A stretch of DNA of 64,000 nucleotides, counting the filler, from Stramenopiles sp. TOSAG23-3 (Eukaryota): NCBI GenBank assembly GCA_900128585.1. It is 8 parts of 8 records of this genome, joined end to end, with 100 filler letters (N's around TTAATTAATTAA, not from the genome) between each part and the next. Parts side by side here need not be neighbours in the genome. Positions count along the whole stretch, not along the records: positions 28,321 to 42,324 come from LT642596.1; positions 42,425 to 56,392 come from LT642597.1; 6 more parts are not named here. One strand, 5' to 3'. This document shows positions 34,301 to 42,892 of this stretch, one piece after another. Numbering within the stretch: position 1 is the first letter of the stretch; each line of letters starts with the position of its first letter. Made by a program: the position numbers and the translations under genes. Under the pieces are notes generated by a model that was given only the letters and a program-made list of their open reading frames with translations, made no database searches and was not told the DNA's origin.

Positions 34301-35019
34301 TAAAAAAGATTACTGGGGTGACCGCAGTGACCCGAACGTTGTTTTCTCCTGCGACGCAGTTACTGGATTTCTCAAGTCGTAAGTTGGGCACGGCGTACGA
34401 TACTCTAGTTGAGAATGCAAGCAAGCATAAGCGAAAAAATACCCGAGCACGCCTTCCTCGCTATGGAGGGTACGGATTTGTGAAGTACTGTTATCTTGAC
34501 GCATGCGCAAACAGCATGTTGCAAGCGGCAAAATATGCCAAGGCAAAAAATAATATAAAAAAAGGAAGCACAGTGCCAGCACTGGGCATTGTTCAGGATG
34601 CTCCTTATTACATTTGCGGGGCGTTCTTGCTTGAGCAGCGGCTGCTGAAGCAGATACAAGGAGGAGACTTTGTCACCATGGAACCAATGGTAGAAACGAA
34701 TGCGCAGTCGATACTCGTACTGACATGTTGGCATATATCATGCATTGCATTTGTTCACGACCAGGCCAACAGTTCTGATTTGATGTGGGCTATACCGTTA
34801 CGCCGAATCATAGATGTGTCTTTGTCACCGATATGCGGGCCGCGTACAAATGCCAGCGACTCGATGGAGCTTGCCGTAGTGTACATGACCAACGATGGTG
34901 ACCTTGGTGAGACTCGGCAGCGACGTTTTGTGGGGCTCAATCGGAGAGGTCTGGTGTACATGCATGCACACCTAAAGAAATTTTCAAATGCGTATAGTAG
35001 ACGACTAAATGAATATTAG
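28321..35019 (+). CDS. VPS13: VPS13-family lipid transfer protein, C-terminal part (5' truncated)
   Basis: WSEPFSIETVGT and IAPRYVLINNS (VAB/SHR-BD repeats), EEILYVSF..VQIDNQ (APT1), Gly-rich ATG2_C-like helices, PH-like tail. Frame open from the contig start. Confidence 0.88.
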   Translation, partial: PIHSTKGTKIDISNLFQKGTYSSLVLVCNLPEFSSEFKCRSAESESYVLFLKPKSKEKTGIFFADIVAVNESGETLPYTFSFYSEPDAAKVEKFHYCNVPTMMAKVVFPRLNFQIFEETSRDVIVGIVLGSKEHHAEVEVIVDTDGVSVDASLEVLQLYIPKSEPPANCEQHFLEVSATNVDVNLKAGQPSQHTLHSSTRLVCLPVDVRDVNGSAACGLSVGIFVPSHLGSHLDLVGNLMSPDTKRAKKRKSLINERDASEDEEEGVDRKAEELKNAENEKKLNREKAQSLLEGSRVKLDASVEINFIASYDPTTLSTKNAVDLQLADGLALEYENIAPPIFTMPICTVVAVQRKRMHFTEEKNQIKLVVAENTTQVGVASENLEQDSLSSFHLALGENDAGVLLALKDELLQKLEPVQSIVETQKGKGHKDISNDAPDPNCSGNNVNQQCLQFSNGFQICLKMVNLRSKKGAGNVSVAHVTTMTSIKCDGLRMFRTDSVSNALERRNVKMNSKLEFSNIEIEIPVNDGNVSLYFDGAVDHLSETISIRSQSARQLTATDMLSVSLASAGVQLEVFDKDRQDIVENFSAMFDIERADRQNRDGDKFSRLFTQELQFSSDLIAACICLDDINVYLDCVKRATLAMELISKANENLSQAVGEVSDPAEPQLPRVENGAHGNNGMEQKSMFKSTYVKKMHIRGMALNVQSCAKTILSARCDSIFGTGDLYMKGRPKEIFIDLHASGIHADVLTSQGNRNTFSPIMEEWAFSIFVQRFREDYIKDGSDYSKGMRVTISSPGPININLGPSIVRTLLQARSHVTSLMGEKGGTANEMFEEQESDQKMSESFSLQANGVVRHLSANDLALQLAASEDAFVKGLKNMGETHKPPIYGEESTGAEELSQREAAVLSLKGGTFDRVANGLGSIVNALQEDVSNVSQVRGNLRSWMAEQGGRFLPDLTVSSNNVVVFVQNFLDESVDITVDLISEGGDKSKNQKYSQVISPAGFTPGDGSQSSCAVEIGRNKHTESVVIAAHAKLQKWSDGQQIDLATYDEKIQGADQKGAFRATVERLNVDENHVEVEHIIITLYSVCWIVNNTPATIQIREADESESSALLEIQPYLPEDMLPDEDVPQYIKRMDHSAFTPLTKQKKTPETDSGTSVENNSGAPVKNKRAMKVQIRTKLSKSYTWSMWSEPFSIETVGTDGQIELKTNDDAKDMKEQWGISVSATNRSKLVSIAPRYVLINNSTHAFMIRQTRCSQTGESEIFDWEKNAFEPKGEARSMHFVKWTGHLQKSLQVCVAKKTYWSDDLHVDAVRPLGAQYRLLPLPGVGDSLCTFGMQVKHVGSTTIIVFVDAPGSFLCVDQNVEGLTLKMRQKNIVVDILSTKDPNAAAPKPSRSYCGWGNAPQQEEEKPKLQDKDESKDTQLPVGLCPDDQRGWIIMHFDYEGKRPLYLDYDNGSNNHFDIADENGNLLGTINVVKTGMFSINDSLNVRLSAEGAYRVLEFVKPDDDSAAAAKFGQSAQLFGINVDLSSVGISILETSQENDIEEILYVSFFGVGLKYAKSVSGTVTTVLSCTSVQIDNQTPGGNRVVLAPAMQQEPDTIWELDMVGGYAPFLKVALHHFLVHVDIWKYRRAANDIFAAQNAIAKHESKSETEEKVNEIFFARLLHDFSLFIIYEDPYASLSVAMKKQWLEFRENVLKLPLATEKQEYDVSMRPYLSFLTREINMYNQTKQNFFLAVERNTDSYSFNHLELDLPLLDIEIHEEFIFSLAVLLQGIAEDIKQFGISDDKLEMGMVENGFDSPPIVKFDDQLLTLHSCIAKATDENKRIVYFFGNIDFHKVETRLTYIGAVPGSKKRLSNLSSATSFRVFSSMMSIEDLILIFASLSQKDASYTNEDFQNTVGKFYKDQALRRLYKVVLNISVLDTPVRAVAGIGSGVSQLLNTPGRALGALKRGEFIAAGKAICFGVGGVGRSVAGGAAKMGSGLIGGFGFVLKKITGVTAVTRTLFSPATQLLDFSSRKLGTAYDTLVENASKHKRKNTRARLPRYGGYGFVKYCYLDACANSMLQAAKYAKAKNNIKKGSTVPALGIVQDAPYYICGAFLLEQRLLKQIQGGDFVTMEPMVETNAQSILVLTCWHISCIAFVHDQANSSDLMWAIPLRRIIDVSLSPICGPRTNASDSMELAVVYMTNDGDLGETRQRRFVGLNRRGLVYMHAHLKKFSNAYSRRLNEY

Positions 35020-35360
35020 AGAGAGAATTAAATGTTTAACGCAATATTAAGAACTATCATTTTCATATGTACTCCATGCATGATCCGAATCGGTGAGTGA
35101 AAACGCGTCAACACATTTACATAACAGCGCCAAATTTTTGTTTTTAATTTTATTGGACTTAAAAATAACAGCCAATTTTCTTGTTTTTACTTAGTATCTC
35201 ATACACACAACAAAAACAAAATAATGACACAGCATTTAAAAAAAAAAAAAATTACAGCATTTTAAAAATATTATGAGACTATATAATTTGGTTTTTATGG
35301 ATACACACAACTTTTTTTAAATAAAAAATACAAAAGTAATTTTGGTTTTTAAAATTTCCT

Positions 35361-37592
35361 TCAGCATTGGACTTGAAACTGTTGACCAGGGCTCATTCCT
35401 TGTGGCACTGTAATTAGAGCCAGACCCCTTCCTGGGATGTTCAATTGGATCTGTTGCCCCCCGACGACCCCGTGCGGAATGGTCACCATAAATTGCGTGA
35501 ACTGAGGCGTAATCTCATTTGCCTGCTCTTTCGGCACAACCTTTGCACTGCTGGTTGTTTTCTCTTTCACCATTTCTATCGCCTTTTCTTGTACCTGATC
35601 TACTATTTTGTCTTTCGCCATCCCCACGAGCACTTCTTGTGCCGCCTGTTCTCCTTTATGTTCCATGTTTATCACCTTGGCTGACTTCCCATATCTTCCT
35701 AATGCATTGCACGATTTTGAACATTTTGCAATTGTTTTCAACGTTCGGAAGAGGCCCATTAGATATGCACACATGGCAGGGAACCCCACTGTGGCAGGAA
35801 CATTAATGCGAAATTTAGACCAATCGAAGTCCACAGCAAAGATGACCATGGAGAAGTCAAAATTGTAGCTCATGGCACTAAACGAGGCCATCACAGATAC
35901 GACAAACAAAATCGATATGAAGACTATGTAACCAGCCACGAACAGCCAACCAAATTTGTTCATCTTTCCCCACGATTTTTTAGAATTTGCGTGTCTTATT
36001 ACAACAAAAAATGACGGCATCCAAACAATCCAGGCACAGCCAATTCCAAATATAACGTCAAGCACAAACGAAAAGTTTGTCATCGAAGGGTACCACATGC
36101 CAGCGCCTTGGTAGTCGAAGTTTACGAACGCCTCTTTGTCGCCTTCAACGCCCTTTCCCGTGAACGTTCCAAGAGGGGCACCGGGTTGGATCATACTCGT
36201 TACAGCCGAGTTAAATACCAGCGATACGGTTGCATAATAGGCAAACTCTGCGCCTAACTCAGACACGTGCGTGTTGTTTTTCAAGAGTCGATGAAGCTTA
36301 TCGTTTTTTAGGAGTTGCGCACAGCAAGGCATGCACATTAGTTCCTTCAGATCCCAGTATTTCATATTATGGCCCTTCGGAATAAAATTCGCGATAAAAT
36401 CCTGTAATGTAACAATCGTAGAAATTATCACCACGAACACAAGAAATCCTACAATGGTTATATCAGCTAGCACGGTAGTATTGCTCCCAAACCCATTAAG
36501 TTCTTCACAAGTACTAGTGGCATTTTGCTTAATATCATCTGGGCAAACAATTTGCTTCCTAAAACACCCATCGTCGGACAATGATTTTCGAGCCCCTTCT
36601 CCAGTTTCTTTTTCTGCTGGCCACATCAGAAGTCGATACTTATCAAGGGTTGCCGTTCCACCACAGCGCACTCTACCATGCGGAACGGTGGGGATTCCAT
36701 CCTGCTCCAGGAGATCATTGGCAAGTTGCCTATCATCTGGCATCACCTCCGCGTTATCATTTGTTATCGTGTTGCCATGTTTTTGTTCAGCCTTACACCT
36801 TACGCCGCCAGTGCCAAAAAACCTTGGTATGCGTTTGTAGGTCGAGTTGTAAAACACCGTCCTGTTGTTATTGGTCACAATGCTCGAATCCTTGTTCGAG
36901 TCCGACGAAGTGATATTTCGTTTGCAGCAAGTCGTTACAGCCGACTTCAAGTCACAACGATCGTTTCGAAACGTCGCGACCATCTCGCTACCGCTGCAGC
37001 CGCCTTCCCCCGGACGTGCACAGCAGTCCCTGGAGTCTGCCTGCCCCCCCTCAGTGCAGATCTGATAATTGCAGTCTTCATACAAATTCTTTTGGTCGCT
37101 TTTCCCTGTAATTCGCTTGCGCTTCAGTTCCGAGTTTGTAATTTTCCAACTATGATAGAACGTGAAACAGTTTTCGCCATCGTATGAGCAGTCAGGTTCA
37201 AACACCAGTTCTGGGTACATTTTCGCATCTTCTCTTTGTTCTTGTGATTCTCCCAACAATCCTTTGCACAGACCGGCACCCGAGCCTTCACAAAACTGAG
37301 GCGTGGTAAAATTCATGGTAAACACCACGCCGGGGCACAACGTGCCATTGCACGTGCAAGTTCCCTCCAGCCACATGGGATATGGATTTGCGTCGGTCAA
37401 AGTCATTCTTTGGATGACAATGTACTGGTATAAAATTGCCAGAGTTGTAACCACGGCGGAAAGAAAAGCAAAAGACCCACTGAAGTATTCAAATCGAAAG
37501 CACATTCGACCAAACCAACTGTTCCCTTCTTCGGCCATTTTTTCATTGTAATGTTGTTTTAGGTCTTTCAACTTGCAGCACTTTTTACACAT
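35361..37592 (-). CDS. Multi-pass membrane protein with Cys-rich ectodomain and C-terminal VxxPxGxxPG module
   Basis: 743-aa ATG ORF with about 6 hydrophobic segments. Ends FMVTIPHGVVGGQQIQLNIPGRGLALITVPQGMSPGQQFQVQC. Confidence 0.8.
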   Translation of the reverse strand: MCKKCCKLKDLKQHYNEKMAEEGNSWFGRMCFRFEYFSGSFAFLSAVVTTLAILYQYIVIQRMTLTDANPYPMWLEGTCTCNGTLCPGVVFTMNFTTPQFCEGSGAGLCKGLLGESQEQREDAKMYPELVFEPDCSYDGENCFTFYHSWKITNSELKRKRITGKSDQKNLYEDCNYQICTEGGQADSRDCCARPGEGGCSGSEMVATFRNDRCDLKSAVTTCCKRNITSSDSNKDSSIVTNNNRTVFYNSTYKRIPRFFGTGGVRCKAEQKHGNTITNDNAEVMPDDRQLANDLLEQDGIPTVPHGRVRCGGTATLDKYRLLMWPAEKETGEGARKSLSDDGCFRKQIVCPDDIKQNATSTCEELNGFGSNTTVLADITIVGFLVFVVIISTIVTLQDFIANFIPKGHNMKYWDLKELMCMPCCAQLLKNDKLHRLLKNNTHVSELGAEFAYYATVSLVFNSAVTSMIQPGAPLGTFTGKGVEGDKEAFVNFDYQGAGMWYPSMTNFSFVLDVIFGIGCAWIVWMPSFFVVIRHANSKKSWGKMNKFGWLFVAGYIVFISILFVVSVMASFSAMSYNFDFSMVIFAVDFDWSKFRINVPATVGFPAMCAYLMGLFRTLKTIAKCSKSCNALGRYGKSAKVINMEHKGEQAAQEVLVGMAKDKIVDQVQEKAIEMVKEKTTSSAKVVPKEQANEITPQFTQFMVTIPHGVVGGQQIQLNIPGRGLALITVPQGMSPGQQFQVQC

Positions 37593-38429
37593 CTTGTCTG
37601 CAAAGAAAGGAACGTTTAATGGTAGTAGGACGGAAAGGGGAGAAACTAAATGTCCCGAATGAACCGGGTAATTTCTTGATTCTCAAACAATGTACGAAAG
37701 AAATAACGAACGATTTTAACATCCGCCAAATATCACTTTTAATAAGTATACCAAGGTACCGGTAAAAAAATACTTTTACCCCACCCACCAAAAAATCGTT
37801 ATATAATTATTAATAATTATTTCTACCGTATTTATTATCTATAATAAAATACTGCACAGCATTCATATAATAAATAATAAAATATAAAACGATGAAGAAA
37901 GAAGTGAACAATCAATGACGAAGCCCAAATCAAAGAAGAAGAAGAAAAAGAGGAAGAAGAAGAAAGTAAAAAAAAATGGCATATTTATTTTTTTTGGCTT
38001 TTTTTTGCCAAAAAAAAAAACAGGAAGAAATTACAAAAAAAGTACTTTCGGGAATGGGTTATATATAGGGTACGGTTTTCCTCCGTCGTCGTCAACTTCT
38101 TTCTTGCAGTTTAAATTATTAACAATTAACACAGCAACAACAACACTCAAAATAATTATAATACTCCTCCTACTAAAACTATCTAATAATATTATAAGAT
38201 CATCGTCGCGATATTTTATTATACTTCTTAGTCTTCTATAATAATATAAAATTAAAAAAAAATAATAATATACTTGGTAAAAGAATAGAAGAAACACCGC
38301 CGAAAAAGTAACAAATTAAGTAATTTCAATACTTATCCTTTAAGTACAGCCAACGACGAAAATTTTCTAAGCTGTCGAAGAAAGAATTTAGAGGATTTCC
38401 TGAATTGATTCCAACATTTCTGGGCAAAC

Positions 38430-39987
38430 ATGGTAACTTTTTTGCTGTGGGTGTGCGCGGCAGCCTCTGTACTACTGTTATCTTGCAGTTCCTTGGCTTT
38501 CAAAATCCCTGTAACAATTGATGGGCAAGTCAATCACTTGAGCTTCGACCCAACTTTGGGTAGTTTAGACAGTAAGCAAGTTGTGGTTGCATTTTTCGAA
38601 GAAAATAGCAAAGGTTATCGCGAAGAGAAACATCGTGAATTTTTTGATTTATTGGTGGAAGTAGTAGATGGCGTAAACAAGGAGTATCGTGACGCGAATT
38701 TGGATCCCAGCAGACTCATAGCGCTCGGGAAACGGTTGAAACGTCTGAAAGCGTTCGAGGACGCAGCCGAGATGTTTGAAAAAGCAGCGGCGATTCTTTA
38801 CGACGCAGAATCGGAGCTTTTAGCAAATATTGACCATTCGCGAGCAGAAACGGAGAAAATAAGATCATTGTATGCAGCCGATATGGGATTTGCAAAGAAG
38901 GAAATAGATAATTGGCACCCGCTCCAAGGGGTTGCTCGAGAGACGTACGGTAACTTATCGTCGCGTGCTTTTATTGAAAAATACGAGAGGAGTGGCTTCC
39001 CTGTTGTTTTTGAACAGCCGTTGCGGAGTGGGCTAGAGGCTAGTATGGGCGAGACGATGGGGCATTCATATTTTTGGTCGAAAGGAAACATACCCTGGGA
39101 TTGGGACTTTTTTGTTGAGAGTTGTGGCAATACGACTGCGATGATTCGCGCAGGTCCGTATGACCTAGAAGGCGCTGTGCCCTCGGAAACGTTTTGGTTT
39201 GGATGGAAAATAATCAAGGTGCGCCTGCACACATACATTGGTTTTATTCGAAACAAAGGGCCAAACACGTTTTACAGAGATCATAACATCCCCGAAGATT
39301 GGAGCACCTACCTGTTTGATTGGTCTCTGCGCGAATGCAAGGGAAAGAATGCCCCCTTGCATGATTTTTTGGTTCCAAAATATTTTGCAAACGATTACTT
39401 GCTGAAGTACTGCAAAACGTGCTTTTATTCTGGAAGTTGGCCTAGCTTGTTCATCAACCCTCCCAAGGTAAACTCGCCCCTTCATATAGACTCGTTTGGC
39501 AGCGCATTCTTTTCCATTCAACTGAAGGGCACGAAAACATGGCGTTTGTTTTCAAGAGATGATGCCCCAAAGATGTACCCACGAGATGAAGACATCACGA
39601 AGTTTTATGTGACGGACAGTAGAAATACCTCTCGCATAAAGGAACAGTTTCCTCTTTTTTTGTCCGCCCCCTTCGTTGACGTAGTTCTTCGCCCGAACGA
39701 GATGATATATGTTGCTGCGGGAACCCCCCACCAAGTACTTGGGGAGGTACAATTATATAAACAAACAAAACTTGGATTACGTTTTATCGCATGTAAAACC
39801 GAAAATGGTAAGGGAAAACACAGTTGAGCTGACAAAATCGTGGCACAAACAAGTGTTTGATGTGTTCGAAAAGTTTCCAGCTTCTGAAATCACGGCGCAG
39901 GATGTTGTTGAGACAGAGGTCAGCTACTACGACTTAATGGAGAAAGATCACCAAAATTTTCCCACGAAAAATGATTTACCACCCTGA
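38430..39987 (+). CDS. Signal-peptide JmjC (cupin-8) dioxygenase; C-terminus continues in another frame
   Basis: YLFDW, VPKYFANDYL, WPSLFI, iron ligands LHID...HQV, KGTKTWRLF. The expected YNYINKQNL lies out of frame after about 39747. Confidence 0.85.
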
Positions 39988-40181
39988 GAAAAAGTAAATT
40001 TGTGCGTTTTAAAATACATTGGTATGATAGTGCGATATATATAAAATAAAAAAAAGTAATCTTAAAATCTACGATTTTTTGCATTTCTTATCGGGGCGAT
40101 CTCGTTTAATTCGCTAAAAGTAACCCTCTTCCACTACCCTCAGTCTCATCAGACCCACTTTCCATTGTTACAATTTTCGCT

Positions 40182-41666
40182 TCACAACGGTACAGTTTTC
40201 AAGGGAAAGACATACCGGACATGGAGTGCATGCGTGTCATTCGCCCCAAAGCTTACGTTAGCAGGTTCAAAATACCCATCATTTTTTGGGATTGGTTCTT
40301 GTATCGTCCCCGAGTAAAATGCCGTTGTTCCAGGATACAGAGCAAGAACTTTGAAATGATATCGATTCTTCTTACAATCCCGTCGGAGCCTGGCCGCGCG
40401 TTCTTTGAACATCGCGTTGAGGGTGTCTACATGATATTGAAGCTCATCGGGTTTGGGTATTTTGAGAATTGATTGTTCCATCGCAGAAAATTCCAGATTG
40501 TTCTCTTCACCTTGGGGGTCATCGTCCGCATCGACAATAGTCCAGCGTTCCGTCAATTCATTGTAAGCCTTTAACCGTCCGAGTATCCAGTTCCGTTGCA
40601 CACGCTTTTTATCCAGACGGGTCTTGAAAACTACTAAATCTCCTGCGCATATACTTGTGGTATCCTCTTTGCATTCTTTTATGGTCCACGCATCCTTATT
40701 ATCGGCAACAACTGACGGTGACTCTGGGCAACTGGAATCTTCTGAGTAGTAGGGTTGAACGTCGTATTCGTGAACATTAGAGTTTAAAACAACAGGGGTT
40801 TCGTTTTGGCCAGTGACGTATTCCGCGTTCGTTAGCATCCCTATAGCAAGCGCCTTCATCGGTCTTTCAGCCCCGGCGTCTAGCGCATCCCACACATAAC
40901 TGGTTTTGGACGACGCGGAGTCTTTACAACGGCCAGAATTTGGTTGTCTAAAGCGATTTGAAACATGATGACGAGTATTGTTTCTATTGCTTCGAGCTCC
41001 TGCTCTACCTACGTACGTTTTTCGCTTTCCTGTACCTTGTGGAAGTGCATCGAAATCAGAGTCTTCCTCGGTATTCTCGTTTTCATCGTCAATATCATAC
41101 CGGGAACTTCTGCGTTTCAAGGACGGTCTAAATCGACCTTTCTGATCCTGTAAATTAAGCATATGATTTCTCTCGCCATATTGCTCCATTTGATCCATGA
41201 CGATTTCCGTGAATTGATTCAGCCGTATCGCAAAGTTAGCCATAATTCTGTCAGATTTGTCTCTGGTCTTTGCCAATTCGTCAAGCAGCAACCGATCGTC
41301 TTTGTCGTGGATTTTGTGCTGTGCCAATGCAGACACGATATCGTTTTGTTTAGTTATCATCTGTTCGATCAGTTTTGAATGGTGTTTCAGCACGGCAATG
41401 GTCTCTTTGTGCTGCAGCTCCGAGACTACAGTGGTCGACTGGGTTGCAGAGAGCGAACTGTTACTCATTGGGACGTCCGGGCTAAAGTGTCTGTGCGACG
41501 ATTGGGATGATCCGATTCCTCCGTATGTTTGAGATTGCGAATTGTTGTATGGCGAGGCCATTATTGCATGTTTTTGAGAGGACGGGACGCAGTTTTGGCT
41601 TCCATAAAGATGCGTAGTGATCGGGAGTGGCGTACGCGCCCATTGCGAGTGCGGCAAGCTTGTCAT
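40182..41666 (-). CDS. SGF29-like protein with C-terminal tandem Tudor domain
   Basis: GDLVVFK...NWILG...VDADDD and VLALYPGTTAFY...RYV. Coiled coil upstream. Confidence 0.8.
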   Translation of the reverse strand: MTSLPHSQWARTPLPITTHLYGSQNCVPSSQKHAIMASPYNNSQSQTYGGIGSSQSSHRHFSPDVPMSNSSLSATQSTTVVSELQHKETIAVLKHHSKLIEQMITKQNDIVSALAQHKIHDKDDRLLLDELAKTRDKSDRIMANFAIRLNQFTEIVMDQMEQYGERNHMLNLQDQKGRFRPSLKRRSSRYDIDDENENTEEDSDFDALPQGTGKRKTYVGRAGARSNRNNTRHHVSNRFRQPNSGRCKDSASSKTSYVWDALDAGAERPMKALAIGMLTNAEYVTGQNETPVVLNSNVHEYDVQPYYSEDSSCPESPSVVADNKDAWTIKECKEDTTSICAGDLVVFKTRLDKKRVQRNWILGRLKAYNELTERWTIVDADDDPQGEENNLEFSAMEQSILKIPKPDELQYHVDTLNAMFKERAARLRRDCKKNRYHFKVLALYPGTTAFYSGTIQEPIPKNDGYFEPANVSFGANDTHALHVRYVFPLKTVPL

Positions 41667-42473
41667 TCTTTCGACTGGCAGATGCGTGATGTGATGTTAG
41701 CTTCGTTTCGTTCTTCTTGTTGTTCAGTGATATTGGAGATATATATTTCTCTCGGGTTGCTAATAATAATAAGTAAAATGTTAAGTTGAATGTTTGCTCT
41801 CGGGTTTTGTCGTTTACTTATTAATTTCTATAAGTGTAAATATTTCTATACAAATCTGTACCGTGACGTAAATAGAAAGTAACGGAAGCCAAAGAAAGAA
41901 AGAAGAAGAGATGATTGATGATTGCCACTTCTAATACTACTACTACCACCTTGGTATTTTATTCCTCCTTGGTATTTACGGTACCGTAGTATTATTAGAA
42001 GAAGAAGAAGAAGAGAAAGAAAAAAAGGAAGAAATATTTTATTACTGTAATAATAATACAGGCAACAGCATCAAGACAAAGAAAAGTAAAAACAGATCAA
42101 CAAACCCAAGAAGAAGAAGAAGAACAAAAAATGAATTCAATCAATCATCATCAAAAATATCATTTCATTTTCTGATGCTATGATAATGCTGTAAAATGTT
42201 CGATCGATCAGGGGGGGGGGTGAAAATACAATATTAAATACATACAGGTCACAGGTCACAGCAAATGAAATACAATGCAGTAAAAATAAATGTTCCTTTT
42301 TTTCTTCTTGAGATTTTTTCCTCTNNNNNNNNNNNNNNNNNNNNNNNNNNNNNNNNNNNNNNNNNNNNTTAATTAATTAANNNNNNNNNNNNNNNNNNNN
42401 NNNNNNNNNNNNNNNNNNNNNNNNCTTCTTCTTCTTCTTCTTCTTCTTTCTTCTTCTTCTTCTTCTTCTTCTT

Positions 42474-42504
<31 letters not shown>

Positions 42505-42892
42505 AACTCAATTTTGGAAATGATGTGTTCTTCTCTTGTTTGCACTTGTTGTCGTTGTACGAGGAGTAGATGCCAATTGAGGTTTCCACCATCGTTCCGT
42601 GTTGTTGTTTGTTTTTTTTCTTTTTTTCTAGCACCGATAGTGCTGTGTCTATATTGTTTTCGTTTGTCATAATCCATCCCGCCCACCACCTGTCTAGCTA
42701 GCACTAGGAAAAAAAACTAACCCGTTGGCTTTCCACTTTCCACTCCCGGTGTGCGAGTGCATGAAATGCAATGCTCTGTATCGTACTATTCCCAAATCTC
42801 TCTCTTTTTTTTTAATCTTCTTCTTCTTATTTATATTATATTTTTATCACTTCTTAAACTTCTTTTTTTTTCTATACGCGCATAAATAACCT

